Part shown: one piece after another, positions 41,585-50,704 of the stretch | Layout: every line of letters starts with the position of its first letter | How positions within the stretch are numbered: the stretch's first letter is position 1 | IMG/VR virus record: IMGVR_UViG_3300032265_000524 | Coordinates: 1-56,549 of that record | DNA: 56,549 nt | Source of the DNA: a virus | Lineage: Duplodnaviria; Caudoviricetes | Reading direction: 5' to 3' (one strand) | Position numbers and translations under genes: made by a program | Notes under the pieces: model-generated | What the model was told of the DNA's origin: nothing | Databases searched by the model: none | What the model saw: the letters and a program-made list of their open reading frames with translations, nothing else

Positions 41585-42523
41585 ATGGCTGACATGAATA
41601 ACGTAACAACAATTACAGTACCTTTCACATATGACATGCCAGACGACTATCTAGCGCAGACAAATTCGCTAGGTAAAAAAGGTGTGTATACCTATGTAGG
41701 TCCTGATACACTATATATTTTCGTTGATCAGGTAACTGGTAAATGGGACAGACGTGCTCCTCTGCATGACGGACACGACGGTAGTGAAGTTCCAGTACCA
41801 TTACATCAAGTTCGCGTAGACATCGACTGTGCTAAAGATCCATTACTAGCTGTACTAGTTGGCGGCATGCCATCAGAGCATATTCCCCCAACCAGTGAAC
41901 AACCAACAATACAAGAAACACTACCAGACGGTTCAATTTACGAGCGTCACAAACAACCAGATCCACATCATACGTATGAAATTAATGACATGGTATTTGA
42001 TTTTACTGCTAAGGAATTTCCTAAACCATATCCGTGGAAACAACCACATATGACTTGGGCAGGTATTCGCATGTGGCGTAACAGTTTACTATATCATAGT
42101 GATCATGCTGCTCTAGCAGATGATACCCCAGAAGAAGTTCAAGCACAATGGAATGAGTATCGTCAAAAACTTAAAGATATTCCAAATGTACACGGTGGCG
42201 TAAACTTTAAAACTCAAATTGATACCAGTGCAGCAGCACCGATTAATACACAAGGTCAATATGTAATACAAGTAGTAGATGCCAGTGGTATTCAAGTAGG
42301 AATGGATGTATCAACAACACTACACGATGTAACTCAAGTTTTTCAAAACTTTATTACCAATGTAGTTGCTGTAGATACTGCAAAGAAACAAGTTACATTA
42401 AGTATTCCTGTAGTTGAAGTTGTAACTGCTATCAATGCAGGTGTCACATTCCACGCAGAACCAAATACTGCACCTTGGAAAATACGTGGTCTTCAAAATC
42501 CAGACGGCGAAGGCGATCATTAA
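41585..42523 (+). CDS. tail fibre assembly chaperone-like protein 2 with an inserted beta module
   Basis: Paralog of 39297 (PDDYLAQ, Y.GP.TLY.FV, PHMTW.GI...RN.LL..SD, YRQKLKDIP). Confidence 0.7.
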   Translation: MADMNNVTTITVPFTYDMPDDYLAQTNSLGKKGVYTYVGPDTLYIFVDQVTGKWDRRAPLHDGHDGSEVPVPLHQVRVDIDCAKDPLLAVLVGGMPSEHIPPTSEQPTIQETLPDGSIYERHKQPDPHHTYEINDMVFDFTAKEFPKPYPWKQPHMTWAGIRMWRNSLLYHSDHAALADDTPEEVQAQWNEYRQKLKDIPNVHGGVNFKTQIDTSAAAPINTQGQYVIQVVDASGIQVGMDVSTTLHDVTQVFQNFITNVVAVDTAKKQVTLSIPVVEVVTAINAGVTFHAEPNTAPWKIRGLQNPDGEGDH

Positions 42524-42537
42524 GATTATAATACCGT

Positions 42538-42565
42538 AAAAAAAGGGCATTAACTGCCCTTTTTT
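42538..42565. terminator. bidirectional rho-independent terminator
   Basis: aaaaaaagggca-ttaac-tgccctttttt between convergent genes, with an A run on the left and a T run on the right. Confidence 0.9.
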
Positions 42566-42577
42566 ATTGACTAAATT

Positions 42578-44398
42578 TTAGTCTTCAAAGTTAGAAACTG
42601 TAATCAGTTTGCCTAGCTCTGGCAAGTACAAGTATTCAATATCTGATTCTTTAAGTGTCCAGATAGCGTCATCTAATGTTTCTACTAACGGCTCTCCACC
42701 TAAATTGAAACTAGTGTTAAACAAGATCGGAACTCCAGTGCGATCATAGAACGCTTTAATTAGATCATAATAGTGAGGATTCTGTTCTCTAGTAACTGTT
42801 TGTATACGGCAAGTGCCGTCAACGTGAATGATACTTGGAATCTTTTCTTCAATACCAGGCTGGCAGTTAACAGCATACATCATGTAAGGACTATCTTCCA
42901 TACCACGCAAATCAAACCACTCATGCACATGATCTTGTAGTATACTACCTGCAAATGGTCGGAAATATTCACGATGTTTAACTTCATTTACATAATCTTT
43001 ACCATCTTCGTATGTAGGATTAAACAGCACTGAACGATTGCCCAATGCACGTGGACCGTTTTCTGAACGTCCTTGGAATAGAGTAACAATCTTCTTATCC
43101 ATAAACAAATCAACGATATCTTCGTGGGTAGCATCTTTAATTTCTACATCTTTATACTTACTAAGGATAGCATTAACATCCTCTACCGTATAATTATATT
43201 CAAACCCTAGATATAATCCGTCTTTGTTATATGGAATTTCTGTTTCAGGATCGGAATTTTTCCACTGCATTAAGGCAGCACCGATAGCAGTGCCAGCATC
43301 ATTTGATATTGGCTCTACATAAATTTCAATACCTTCATCTTTTAATGCTTCTAAGTAGTGATAGTTAGCAACACAATTTAAACCATAACCGCCTGAAATA
43401 ACAACTTTCTTTTTACCTGTCATTTCAACCGCCTTACGGATTAGTCGCACAACCTGTTCTTGTGTTTGCGTTTGGCAAGCATAGGCTAGGTCTCTACGAT
43501 TTTGTAACAGTGTAACATCATCACCTTCACTACCATTTTCCATTAGTTCGTTAAACAACATATGATTTACCACTGCACCGTTTGGATATGTTGGAACAAT
43601 AATATTTCTATTGGCTAATGGAGCAATACCAGTATCGTCAAAAAGTGGCGGAATATTATCATTTGGCTTTCCATATGGAAATAGTCCCATGGTCTTGCCA
43701 GCTTCGATTGAATCCCAACCGCAATACCGAGTTACTGCTTCGTATACTTTAGTGACACCAGCACGATCTGTGATTAAACATTCATGTGTTCCACGTTCAT
43801 CAAACATTGAACTATCAAAGTTTTCAATTAGTACACCCGGACTAGGTCCACGTACACCTACGTGCTTGTACAGTGTAGTAAATGTATTAGGATATTCACA
43901 GTCATAAATTGACTCAGTTTCCCAACCAGTTACCTGCTCTCCAGACATATTTAATGGTAAGAATGTACCAGCACCGTCTACAATTAGTGCAACTGCTGAA
44001 TCAAATCCTGAACGATAAAAAGCACAAGCCGCATGTAGTTTATGATGTACATGACTCATATCAATAACCTGCGGGTGTTTCCAAATGTTCATTTTGCGAG
44101 CAATCAAGCCCATCTTACGAGCAAGCCCAGTGTATACATCGTCACCAGTAAAGTCAACTTTGCCAGCAGTATCCTGTAGTCGTTGTGTATGTGCAATTAC
44201 CAAATAGTCTAGTCTATCTGTATATTCTTTAATCTTCATCATGGCAGCGTATGGACCGCCATCATATTTGTGTCTGCTTAGCCGTTCTTCTTCAATACTA
44301 AAAACAATTTTACCGTTCTTGAGTAAGCACACACTGGCATTGTGCCCGCGGGCGATTGCCGCGATCCATATATCTCTACGTCCGTAATCTAATTCCAT
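42578..44398 (-). CDS. O-carbamoyltransferase, NodU/CmcH/TobZ family
   Basis: EEERLSR.K, HHKLHA, VDGAG, GKTMGL, SGG..LNC, NDAGTAIGAA, GRSE.GPRALGNRS, K.RE.FRPFA, HVDGT.RIQTV and NTSFN motifs (Kae1-like plus YrdC-like domains). Confidence 0.92.
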   Translation of the reverse strand: MELDYGRRDIWIAAIARGHNASVCLLKNGKIVFSIEEERLSRHKYDGGPYAAMMKIKEYTDRLDYLVIAHTQRLQDTAGKVDFTGDDVYTGLARKMGLIARKMNIWKHPQVIDMSHVHHKLHAACAFYRSGFDSAVALIVDGAGTFLPLNMSGEQVTGWETESIYDCEYPNTFTTLYKHVGVRGPSPGVLIENFDSSMFDERGTHECLITDRAGVTKVYEAVTRYCGWDSIEAGKTMGLFPYGKPNDNIPPLFDDTGIAPLANRNIIVPTYPNGAVVNHMLFNELMENGSEGDDVTLLQNRRDLAYACQTQTQEQVVRLIRKAVEMTGKKKVVISGGYGLNCVANYHYLEALKDEGIEIYVEPISNDAGTAIGAALMQWKNSDPETEIPYNKDGLYLGFEYNYTVEDVNAILSKYKDVEIKDATHEDIVDLFMDKKIVTLFQGRSENGPRALGNRSVLFNPTYEDGKDYVNEVKHREYFRPFAGSILQDHVHEWFDLRGMEDSPYMMYAVNCQPGIEEKIPSIIHVDGTCRIQTVTREQNPHYYDLIKAFYDRTGVPILFNTSFNLGGEPLVETLDDAIWTLKESDIEYLYLPELGKLITVSNFED

Positions 44399-44407
44399 AG
44401 TTTTTCC

Positions 44408-45319
44408 TTAAAATCCACGCGGCCTAGTCGGCCATTCAAAATCTTTTATATCTGATCTAGCTATTGCATATTCGCAAGCACGTTTATCTACATTTAATTT
44501 TACATGAATTGTATCGATAAAGTCAACCACTTTATGTGCAGTCAGCATGGTTTCATCAGATATCTTTAGCCGTTTCTTTAGTTCATGTTCTATCCAAAGT
44601 ACATGCTGTCTTGGGCTAGGATGAAAATCATAAAATTGTACACGCTGTGGTATATCATAAAATAGATATGTCAGCTGAGGATATCCGTTGCACAACTCCT
44701 CAAGCGGCATTAACCAGTGATCAGCATGATCTCCCCAAATAGGTTTTTCATATACTTGCAATTCTGGCACCATTTTCCAGGCAAGTTTTTCTGTAGTCTC
44801 GCCTGCTTTTTGAACAAACTCAGTAGTTTCACCGTAGGTTTTATCATTGCGTAGGTCGCTACCTAACATTCTAATGTCGCCGATACTAGTCATGTACCAT
44901 TCACACCCTGTTGATTTTAACAAGCCCTGTGTTAGTGATATGTTATTTAGAGTGTGCATTATAAATGCAGGTTCAAAAAAGAATGTATCAATCCATTTCT
45001 TATCGTACAGTTTTTCATTAAGGTATCCAAATACACTACCCATGGTTTTCCAACCACGTGGACGACCTAGTATTTCTTCTTGATGCCACCAATCATTACG
45101 TATGTGGCTAGACCACTGTACTATTACTACATCGTTCTCGCAAAATTTATACTTCATGTTGGCTTCAGCAACACGTTCAGCAATAGCACGATTTCCCAAT
45201 CCGGACATGCCCCAGTTTTGTACTTCTGCGAATTCGATGCCTAAGAAATTTGCCCAAGTAGGCCATGCATAGCTAGTATAGCTACAACCAAATGCAAATA
45301 ATCTGCGAGGTTGTTTCAT
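44408..45319 (-). CDS. SGNH/GDSL-like protein (putative acyl esterase/transferase)
   Basis: LFAFGCSYT (block I Ser), GLGN, IVQWS, C-terminal DFHPS (Asp-x-His). Confidence 0.6.
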   Translation of the reverse strand: MKQPRRLFAFGCSYTSYAWPTWANFLGIEFAEVQNWGMSGLGNRAIAERVAEANMKYKFCENDVVIVQWSSHIRNDWWHQEEILGRPRGWKTMGSVFGYLNEKLYDKKWIDTFFFEPAFIMHTLNNISLTQGLLKSTGCEWYMTSIGDIRMLGSDLRNDKTYGETTEFVQKAGETTEKLAWKMVPELQVYEKPIWGDHADHWLMPLEELCNGYPQLTYLFYDIPQRVQFYDFHPSPRQHVLWIEHELKKRLKISDETMLTAHKVVDFIDTIHVKLNVDKRACEYAIARSDIKDFEWPTRPRGF

Positions 45320-46209
45320 TATATTCCTTTGTAATCAAGTGGATGCCACTTTTGTATCAATTCTACTTCAAAATTTTCTAATTTTGAATTACGATGTTTT
45401 ACTTCTTCTACGAGACCTAGTAAATCGCTATAAGGTGTATCATTTATTGGTAAATCTAGTTTTGGTTTAATCACACGGTTAATATATGATATATGCTGTC
45501 TGGGACTAGGATGCATATCTCTGAGAGATTTACCATCATCAGATTCAAATGCCCAACTTAGCATATCTTGTTTCCAAGCGTGTGGTCCTATAGGGTCTAA
45601 CCAATGCTCAGCATACTTACCCCAAATAGCATCTTTATAAAACAAAAATTTCTCGTACTCGGGATCTTCCCAAATAGTGTAATCTGGATTTTCTAAAGTT
45701 AATGCATCTCCATAACTGTCGTTTAGAATATCATTACCTAGCTTAGGCAAATCTGACATGCTGGTCATTAACCAAGTGCATCCAGTTGATTCTAACAGCC
45801 CCTGAGTAGCAACAATATTGTTTAAAGTATGCATAAAGAAAGACTGCCCATCGAAGAATTGTGCAATCCATTTTTGATCATATACCGGCTGATTAATATA
45901 GTTAAACATACTTCCGCCAGTTTTCCAACCCCCTTGCCAAGCGAGAGGATCTTTTTTCATATAGTTGAGTCTACGGCGTCCAGTATGATAATCATTACGT
46001 AGATAGCTAGACCATTGTACAATGATTATATCGTCAGAAGTAAATTTGTTTATAGCGTGACATTGGGCAACCCTCTCGGAGATTGCCCTATTTCCTATGC
46101 CCGGATAACCCCAGTTTTCAAACTGGTTAAACTCTGATCCTAAAAAGTCTGCCCATGTAGGCCAAGTATATTGTGTAAAACTACATCCAAATGCAAACAG
46201 ACGTTTCAT
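45319..46209 (-). CDS. SGNH/GDSL-like protein, tandem paralog of 44408..45319
   Basis: LFAFGCSFT, WPTWA, GIGNRAI.ERVA, IVQWSS..RND, GWKT.GS, DMHPSPRQH; 1-nt overlap coupling. Confidence 0.6.
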   Translation of the reverse strand: MKRLFAFGCSFTQYTWPTWADFLGSEFNQFENWGYPGIGNRAISERVAQCHAINKFTSDDIIIVQWSSYLRNDYHTGRRRLNYMKKDPLAWQGGWKTGGSMFNYINQPVYDQKWIAQFFDGQSFFMHTLNNIVATQGLLESTGCTWLMTSMSDLPKLGNDILNDSYGDALTLENPDYTIWEDPEYEKFLFYKDAIWGKYAEHWLDPIGPHAWKQDMLSWAFESDDGKSLRDMHPSPRQHISYINRVIKPKLDLPINDTPYSDLLGLVEEVKHRNSKLENFEVELIQKWHPLDYKGI

Positions 46210-46210
46210 G

Positions 46211-47212
46211 TTAACAGGTTTTACAAGTCTCAGGTGCTTTGGTTATTGCAACTGTTGACGGTGCAGAAGTATTACGATATTTTGCTGACTGTTTTAGTAC
46301 ACTTTCAATGATAGCATCTTCAATCTTATCATTCATAGTCATGATGCCATCGTTGCCTCGGTCAGCTACTTCATCCATAGTGATACGTATTGGGCTATAG
46401 CGTCTGCGACCCTCACCTAGATCCATGACTACAAAGGTGTCTTCTTCTGGGTATGAAACATTTATACCAAAGGTTGACCCCATTATAACGCTGGCTGGTT
46501 TATGGAATGCATAGGCCAAATGCTGTCCTACACTGTCGCATCCTAAGAAATAATCCGACTGTGCAATAATTGAAGCCCATTGACGTAGGCTAACATTTTG
46601 TGGAATTGCAACTAACTCTTTACAGCCATGCGCACTGAAATCAATACCAATTTCGCTCATAATAATGACTGCAAATTTCTTTTGTAGTTTCTTAACAATG
46701 CTGACTACATGATCGGCTTCAAAACTACGACCTGATGGATCAAAAATAATACCATCTTTGGCAGTAATGCCCCGACCAAACGGTTGGAAAACAATTACTC
46801 GATCTTTTTTAGTTTTGTCTTTAACTTCTTTAATGACGCTAACACCTGAAAACATCTCTTCGTTAGATAGTTTAATAAATGGGCGTTGTAGTTCGCGGAT
46901 ACCTTTGTTGTTAATTGCAATATCGTATGCCTGTGCAATTGAGCATTTTTGATTATAGTATTCCCAAACACGATATGGTTCTGGACTGACTAGATCTAAG
47001 TTGATTAATTTGTCTTCAAACAGATTTTTGTGCCAGTGATCGTAGGCACGTTCATGAAGAATTGGATGTCCTTTATAAAAGTCTGTACCACCTTCGCAGA
47101 CGATGATAAAGTCTTTACCATTTTCTTCTGCATATTTTTCTAGTGCTGGGATAGAACAAATAACTCTACCGGCACCACCGTTAATAAAGAATGCTTTTCC
47201 TCGTTGGCTCAT
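46211..47212 (-). CDS. GT-B glycosyltransferase, GT9 (heptosyltransferase)-like
   Basis: N-terminal GGAGRVICSIPAL and C-terminal FLGCDSVGQHLAYAF match the GT9 GD.....PAL and DSG..HLA motifs; ends in CKTC. Confidence 0.7.
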   Translation of the reverse strand: MSQRGKAFFINGGAGRVICSIPALEKYAEENGKDFIIVCEGGTDFYKGHPILHERAYDHWHKNLFEDKLINLDLVSPEPYRVWEYYNQKCSIAQAYDIAINNKGIRELQRPFIKLSNEEMFSGVSVIKEVKDKTKKDRVIVFQPFGRGITAKDGIIFDPSGRSFEADHVVSIVKKLQKKFAVIIMSEIGIDFSAHGCKELVAIPQNVSLRQWASIIAQSDYFLGCDSVGQHLAYAFHKPASVIMGSTFGINVSYPEEDTFVVMDLGEGRRRYSPIRITMDEVADRGNDGIMTMNDKIEDAIIESVLKQSAKYRNTSAPSTVAITKAPETCKTC

Positions 47213-47237
47213 TTAAAAATCCTTATAATTTTAGACT

Positions 47238-47266
47238 ATGATAACATAATCTACTGCACTTGTCAA
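47238..47266 (-). promoter_or_regulatory. sigma70-type promoter of the enzyme cassette
   Basis: Minus strand TTGACA-17 nt-TATCAT with an extended -10 TG, followed by an aagga RBS before ATG 47212. Confidence 0.8.
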
Positions 47267-47712
47267 ATTAATTCTACCAAATCTAGTATGGTTTGGAGTT
47301 TTGTTTTGATTATTTTGTTTGTAAAACTGTTACGTAACCCTTGGTGTAATGGTTTTGGCGCAGAATCTAGTTTTGCCCAGCACCACCCCATGTGCTCAGT
47401 GCTTAATTCTGGAATAAATTCCTCGTTAATTACACAGAGGTATGTATGGAAATTGAATACTTTATCGTTTGAAACGAATGTTTCTAAAGGTATTGATTTG
47501 ATTACTTTGGGATTGAAACCAATTTCTTCATTGATTTCTCTTTGGAGACCTTGGTAAGCTGTTTCACCTTGTATGTTAGTACCGCCTACAAGGCCCCAAG
47601 TTCCTAGATGTTTGCCATTACTTTTTTGTAACAGTAAGAATCTACGTGTTGATTTAGCGTAAAATAACGCACCACTGCAAATAATCCGATCTGTTATAGC
47701 TCTAGCTTCCAT
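47263..47712 (-). CDS. Nudix hydrolase
   Basis: Nudix box GTNIQGETAYQGLQREINEEIGF (Gx5Ex7REUxEExGU). Confidence 0.88.
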   Translation of the reverse strand: MEARAITDRIICSGALFYAKSTRRFLLLQKSNGKHLGTWGLVGGTNIQGETAYQGLQREINEEIGFNPKVIKSIPLETFVSNDKVFNFHTYLCVINEEFIPELSTEHMGWCWAKLDSAPKPLHQGLRNSFTNKIIKTKLQTILDLVELI

Positions 47713-49196
47713 GAACCCGCTTTATATTCACCTTCAAACGATTTTGCCCAGTGTACACCGTTCCACACATACTGGACCCCAGTGTATATATTCGTTTGAT
47801 AGATGATGCGGCTGGATTCTTGGCTACTATTAAAGATTACGTGCCAGGCACCGGCGTGCCATTCTATGATATCATTAGCATTTGCGGCAAAAGTGCCCCA
47901 GGCTGCTGTTCCTGGATGAGTAACGTTACCTGAATCTATGTAAGTTCTATTTGTGCTTCCTGCAATGTCATCAACAATAAGGAAACGATCTCCGTCAACT
48001 ACAGCACTCATACCGTGTCCTGGATAGATTTTAGTAGGATCAATAATGGCATCAAATGTGCCCGGACTTCTTGAACGATACTGTGTACCAGTACCGTAGC
48101 CTAGCATTGGATATACGATGCCTTGGCTGTCAACGTTGGTATTAGTTGGGGTAGTATCTTGATCCCAACTGATCTGGAGCATAGTAGGATCTAGACTTGA
48201 AACGGCGATAGTACCGATTACATAAGTGCCATTTGATTGTACTAGTAATATTTTACTAACACCTGCGATGTATTTTCCATGACCACTATATTGTTGGAAT
48301 AATTCTTCCCAATTGACTGTAGTACCTTGACGAGTAGGAATATCTAATGTAGGTTCCGGCGGAACTACACTTTCACTATTTGGCATTAAAAATGCCTGAC
48401 TATTATAAACCTGTATTTGATAGTTGTCTACTGTAACTATCTGAGTACTTAATGTTGCACCTAGACTTGGTGAGTTGTCGGTTAACGGCATACCTAATCC
48501 GTCAATGTATGTGCTAGTATCTGCGGCAAAGTTGTCGTGTATGTTAGTAATGATACTAGTAATAACACCGAGATGTTTAACTTTAACAGGTGGACTAATC
48601 CATATTGGCGCGGTTAAGGTTATATTAGCAATGTCAATAGGATCAGTTGTGCCAACCGGAACTTGCCTACTTGACCAACTCATAGATGCGATACTTAGAA
48701 CACTGAGACTAGTCCAGTCAACATAGTTGTCTGTAGTTTGTATTTCCATTGTAGGATTAAACAACACTAGGATCTGTTCTAAAATTTGTAATTTTTGTTC
48801 TGTACTTGCTGACCAAATATCCACCTTCATAGTTAGCTTAAATGGTGTTGGCATTAGTCTTTCAACTGTGTAGTTACGCCCCTGACCTTGTGTATAGGTA
48901 TGTGTTCCGGTATCAATATCACGTTCTCGGAATTGTAGCTTATCGTAATGTGTAGAATCTGCTAATCGAGAACTATCTAATTCTAACCCGGAAATGTACA
49001 CAGCAATCTTTGGAACTGGTGCAATGCCATTTTCACTGTTTTGATTAATGACAGATGCTGCCTGTCTATCAGGATCACCGTACTGCACAGGTACACGGTG
49101 TAGTGTTCCATCACCGTACTTGACTACAAAGTTACTAAACACACGTATAGTCTGTACTAGATATCGTCTTATCTGCCCATCATAAAAAAATTGCAT
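47694..49196 (-). CDS. gp15: tail terminator/sheath stabilizer (T4 gp15-like) with C-terminal extension
   Basis: FFYDGQIRRY..Q....FS.F, VP..YG, P.PF.L, QKLQILEQIL..FNP motifs. Confidence 0.75.
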   Translation of the reverse strand: MQFFYDGQIRRYLVQTIRVFSNFVVKYGDGTLHRVPVQYGDPDRQAASVINQNSENGIAPVPKIAVYISGLELDSSRLADSTHYDKLQFRERDIDTGTHTYTQGQGRNYTVERLMPTPFKLTMKVDIWSASTEQKLQILEQILVLFNPTMEIQTTDNYVDWTSLSVLSIASMSWSSRQVPVGTTDPIDIANITLTAPIWISPPVKVKHLGVITSIITNIHDNFAADTSTYIDGLGMPLTDNSPSLGATLSTQIVTVDNYQIQVYNSQAFLMPNSESVVPPEPTLDIPTRQGTTVNWEELFQQYSGHGKYIAGVSKILLVQSNGTYVIGTIAVSSLDPTMLQISWDQDTTPTNTNVDSQGIVYPMLGYGTGTQYRSRSPGTFDAIIDPTKIYPGHGMSAVVDGDRFLIVDDIAGSTNRTYIDSGNVTHPGTAAWGTFAANANDIIEWHAGAWHVIFNSSQESSRIIYQTNIYTGVQYVWNGVHWAKSFEGEYKAGSWKLEL

Positions 49197-50662
49197 TAGA
49201 AATCCGCCTTAGGTCTAAGAGCAGTTGACAAGCTCTGTTTAATAGATTCTCTGTTTTTGTATAATCCAACCTTCCACTGGCCATCGTACGGTATAGTTTG
49301 CTGTACTTGCACACCTAAACTATTAGGAATTGTAGGAAGTGTTATTTGTAGGTATGTGTTGCTTCCACTAGTATAACTAGATATCAGTGTTTGAGTCGGA
49401 TAGTCAGCAACTGTATAACTAATTTCAGTGGTATCTAGTTTGAATCCGATATATGGAACTGTTAGATATGCTACATCGTATACCTGTTTGGTTTGTATCA
49501 CATAAACACCGTTGGACAGCATGACGTATGTCTGTATAGCCGCATCATTATAGATGTAGCTGTTATCATTATTAATGAAACTTGTTTTTTGTGTTTGACG
49601 AGTATCAGTATTGGTCATGTTCATGCGTACTGCATCTTCAACTTTTATCCATCTACTACCATCAAATCTAAAAAGTCTGTTAGGCAAAAAATCTGTGCGT
49701 AAAAAGAAATCATCAGTTTGTGCATTTGCGGGAAACTGTATACCAAATCCAAAATCATAACCGTTTTGCGGATAACCATCACCGACAAGATATCCAGTAT
49801 AACCTGTACGCACTGGAACACCTGCTGTAGATGATGCATTAATATTGCTAACATTACTGGCATTTAATCCTGTTTGATTAACTGTTTCTAAAACAGGCTT
49901 GCCGTTACTTGGATCAACTGCTAGAGTATAAAATTGTCTAGTTTCAAATCCGCTCTTAGCGGCATCTGCTTCACCTTGTTGTATTACAGCATCGTTGACT
50001 GTGTACAATGCTGCCAAGTTACTCATGATATTACCAAGCGTATTACCTTGCGGGTCTGGATCTCCGTTGGCATCGGTAGCAACTTGTTTTAGGATGTCAG
50101 CAAACTGTTGTGAGTTAGTGATCTTAGTACATTTTAATCTGTATAGATGTGGATACCACGTGGCACTAAATCCTTCACTAGCACGACCTACATCTGTAAT
50201 TTGATAGTAACGAGGTAATCCAATATCCCAATCAGCAAGGGCAAAATTATCACGCAGATGTGGCAATTCAAACACATCGCCGCTCATTGGTTTGCGACCA
50301 ATACTAGCAATAATATCGTTGATATGAACGGTCATGTAGATCGTATCATTATCAAGAAACAGACCAAACTGACTTAAATTAAAATCAATATTTGCTACGT
50401 TGTAATGCCCACGTATTCTATAGATACTAGGATCGTATTTTCTATCACGGTTTTCTAGTAACAACAAATCTTGTATATTTGTAGGACTATCTGTGGCATA
50501 ATGAGGCTGATCAGCAGTAGCATTTGCAGAAGCAGTATTTGATCCTATATATTTGTGAAAATATAGGTCTGTTCCACCCACAGTAAAAGCTTCGGATATT
50601 ACTTTATCCATAAACTTATAGTCGTTACCGTGTTCCGGTTTGTATAGTGATAATCTTGGCAT
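49196..50662 (-). CDS. gp14: neck/head-closure protein (T4 gp14-like), extended
   Basis: LSQFGLFL..D, RKP..GD..ELPHL, YPHLYRLKC motifs; lies between gp13-like and gp15-like genes. Confidence 0.65.
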   Translation of the reverse strand: MPRLSLYKPEHGNDYKFMDKVISEAFTVGGTDLYFHKYIGSNTASANATADQPHYATDSPTNIQDLLLLENRDRKYDPSIYRIRGHYNVANIDFNLSQFGLFLDNDTIYMTVHINDIIASIGRKPMSGDVFELPHLRDNFALADWDIGLPRYYQITDVGRASEGFSATWYPHLYRLKCTKITNSQQFADILKQVATDANGDPDPQGNTLGNIMSNLAALYTVNDAVIQQGEADAAKSGFETRQFYTLAVDPSNGKPVLETVNQTGLNASNVSNINASSTAGVPVRTGYTGYLVGDGYPQNGYDFGFGIQFPANAQTDDFFLRTDFLPNRLFRFDGSRWIKVEDAVRMNMTNTDTRQTQKTSFINNDNSYIYNDAAIQTYVMLSNGVYVIQTKQVYDVAYLTVPYIGFKLDTTEISYTVADYPTQTLISSYTSGSNTYLQITLPTIPNSLGVQVQQTIPYDGQWKVGLYKNRESIKQSLSTALRPKADF

Positions 50663-50666
50663 ATGA

Positions 50667-50686
50667 TATTTATCGCTAGCTAAATA
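50667..50686. promoter_or_regulatory. back-to-back late promoter boxes driving gp14 (-) and gp13 (+)
   Basis: TATTTA at 50667-50672 and TAAATA at 50681-50686 in a 42-nt divergent gap. Confidence 0.7.
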
Positions 50687-50704
50687 TAGTATCGAGGATT
50701 TAAA

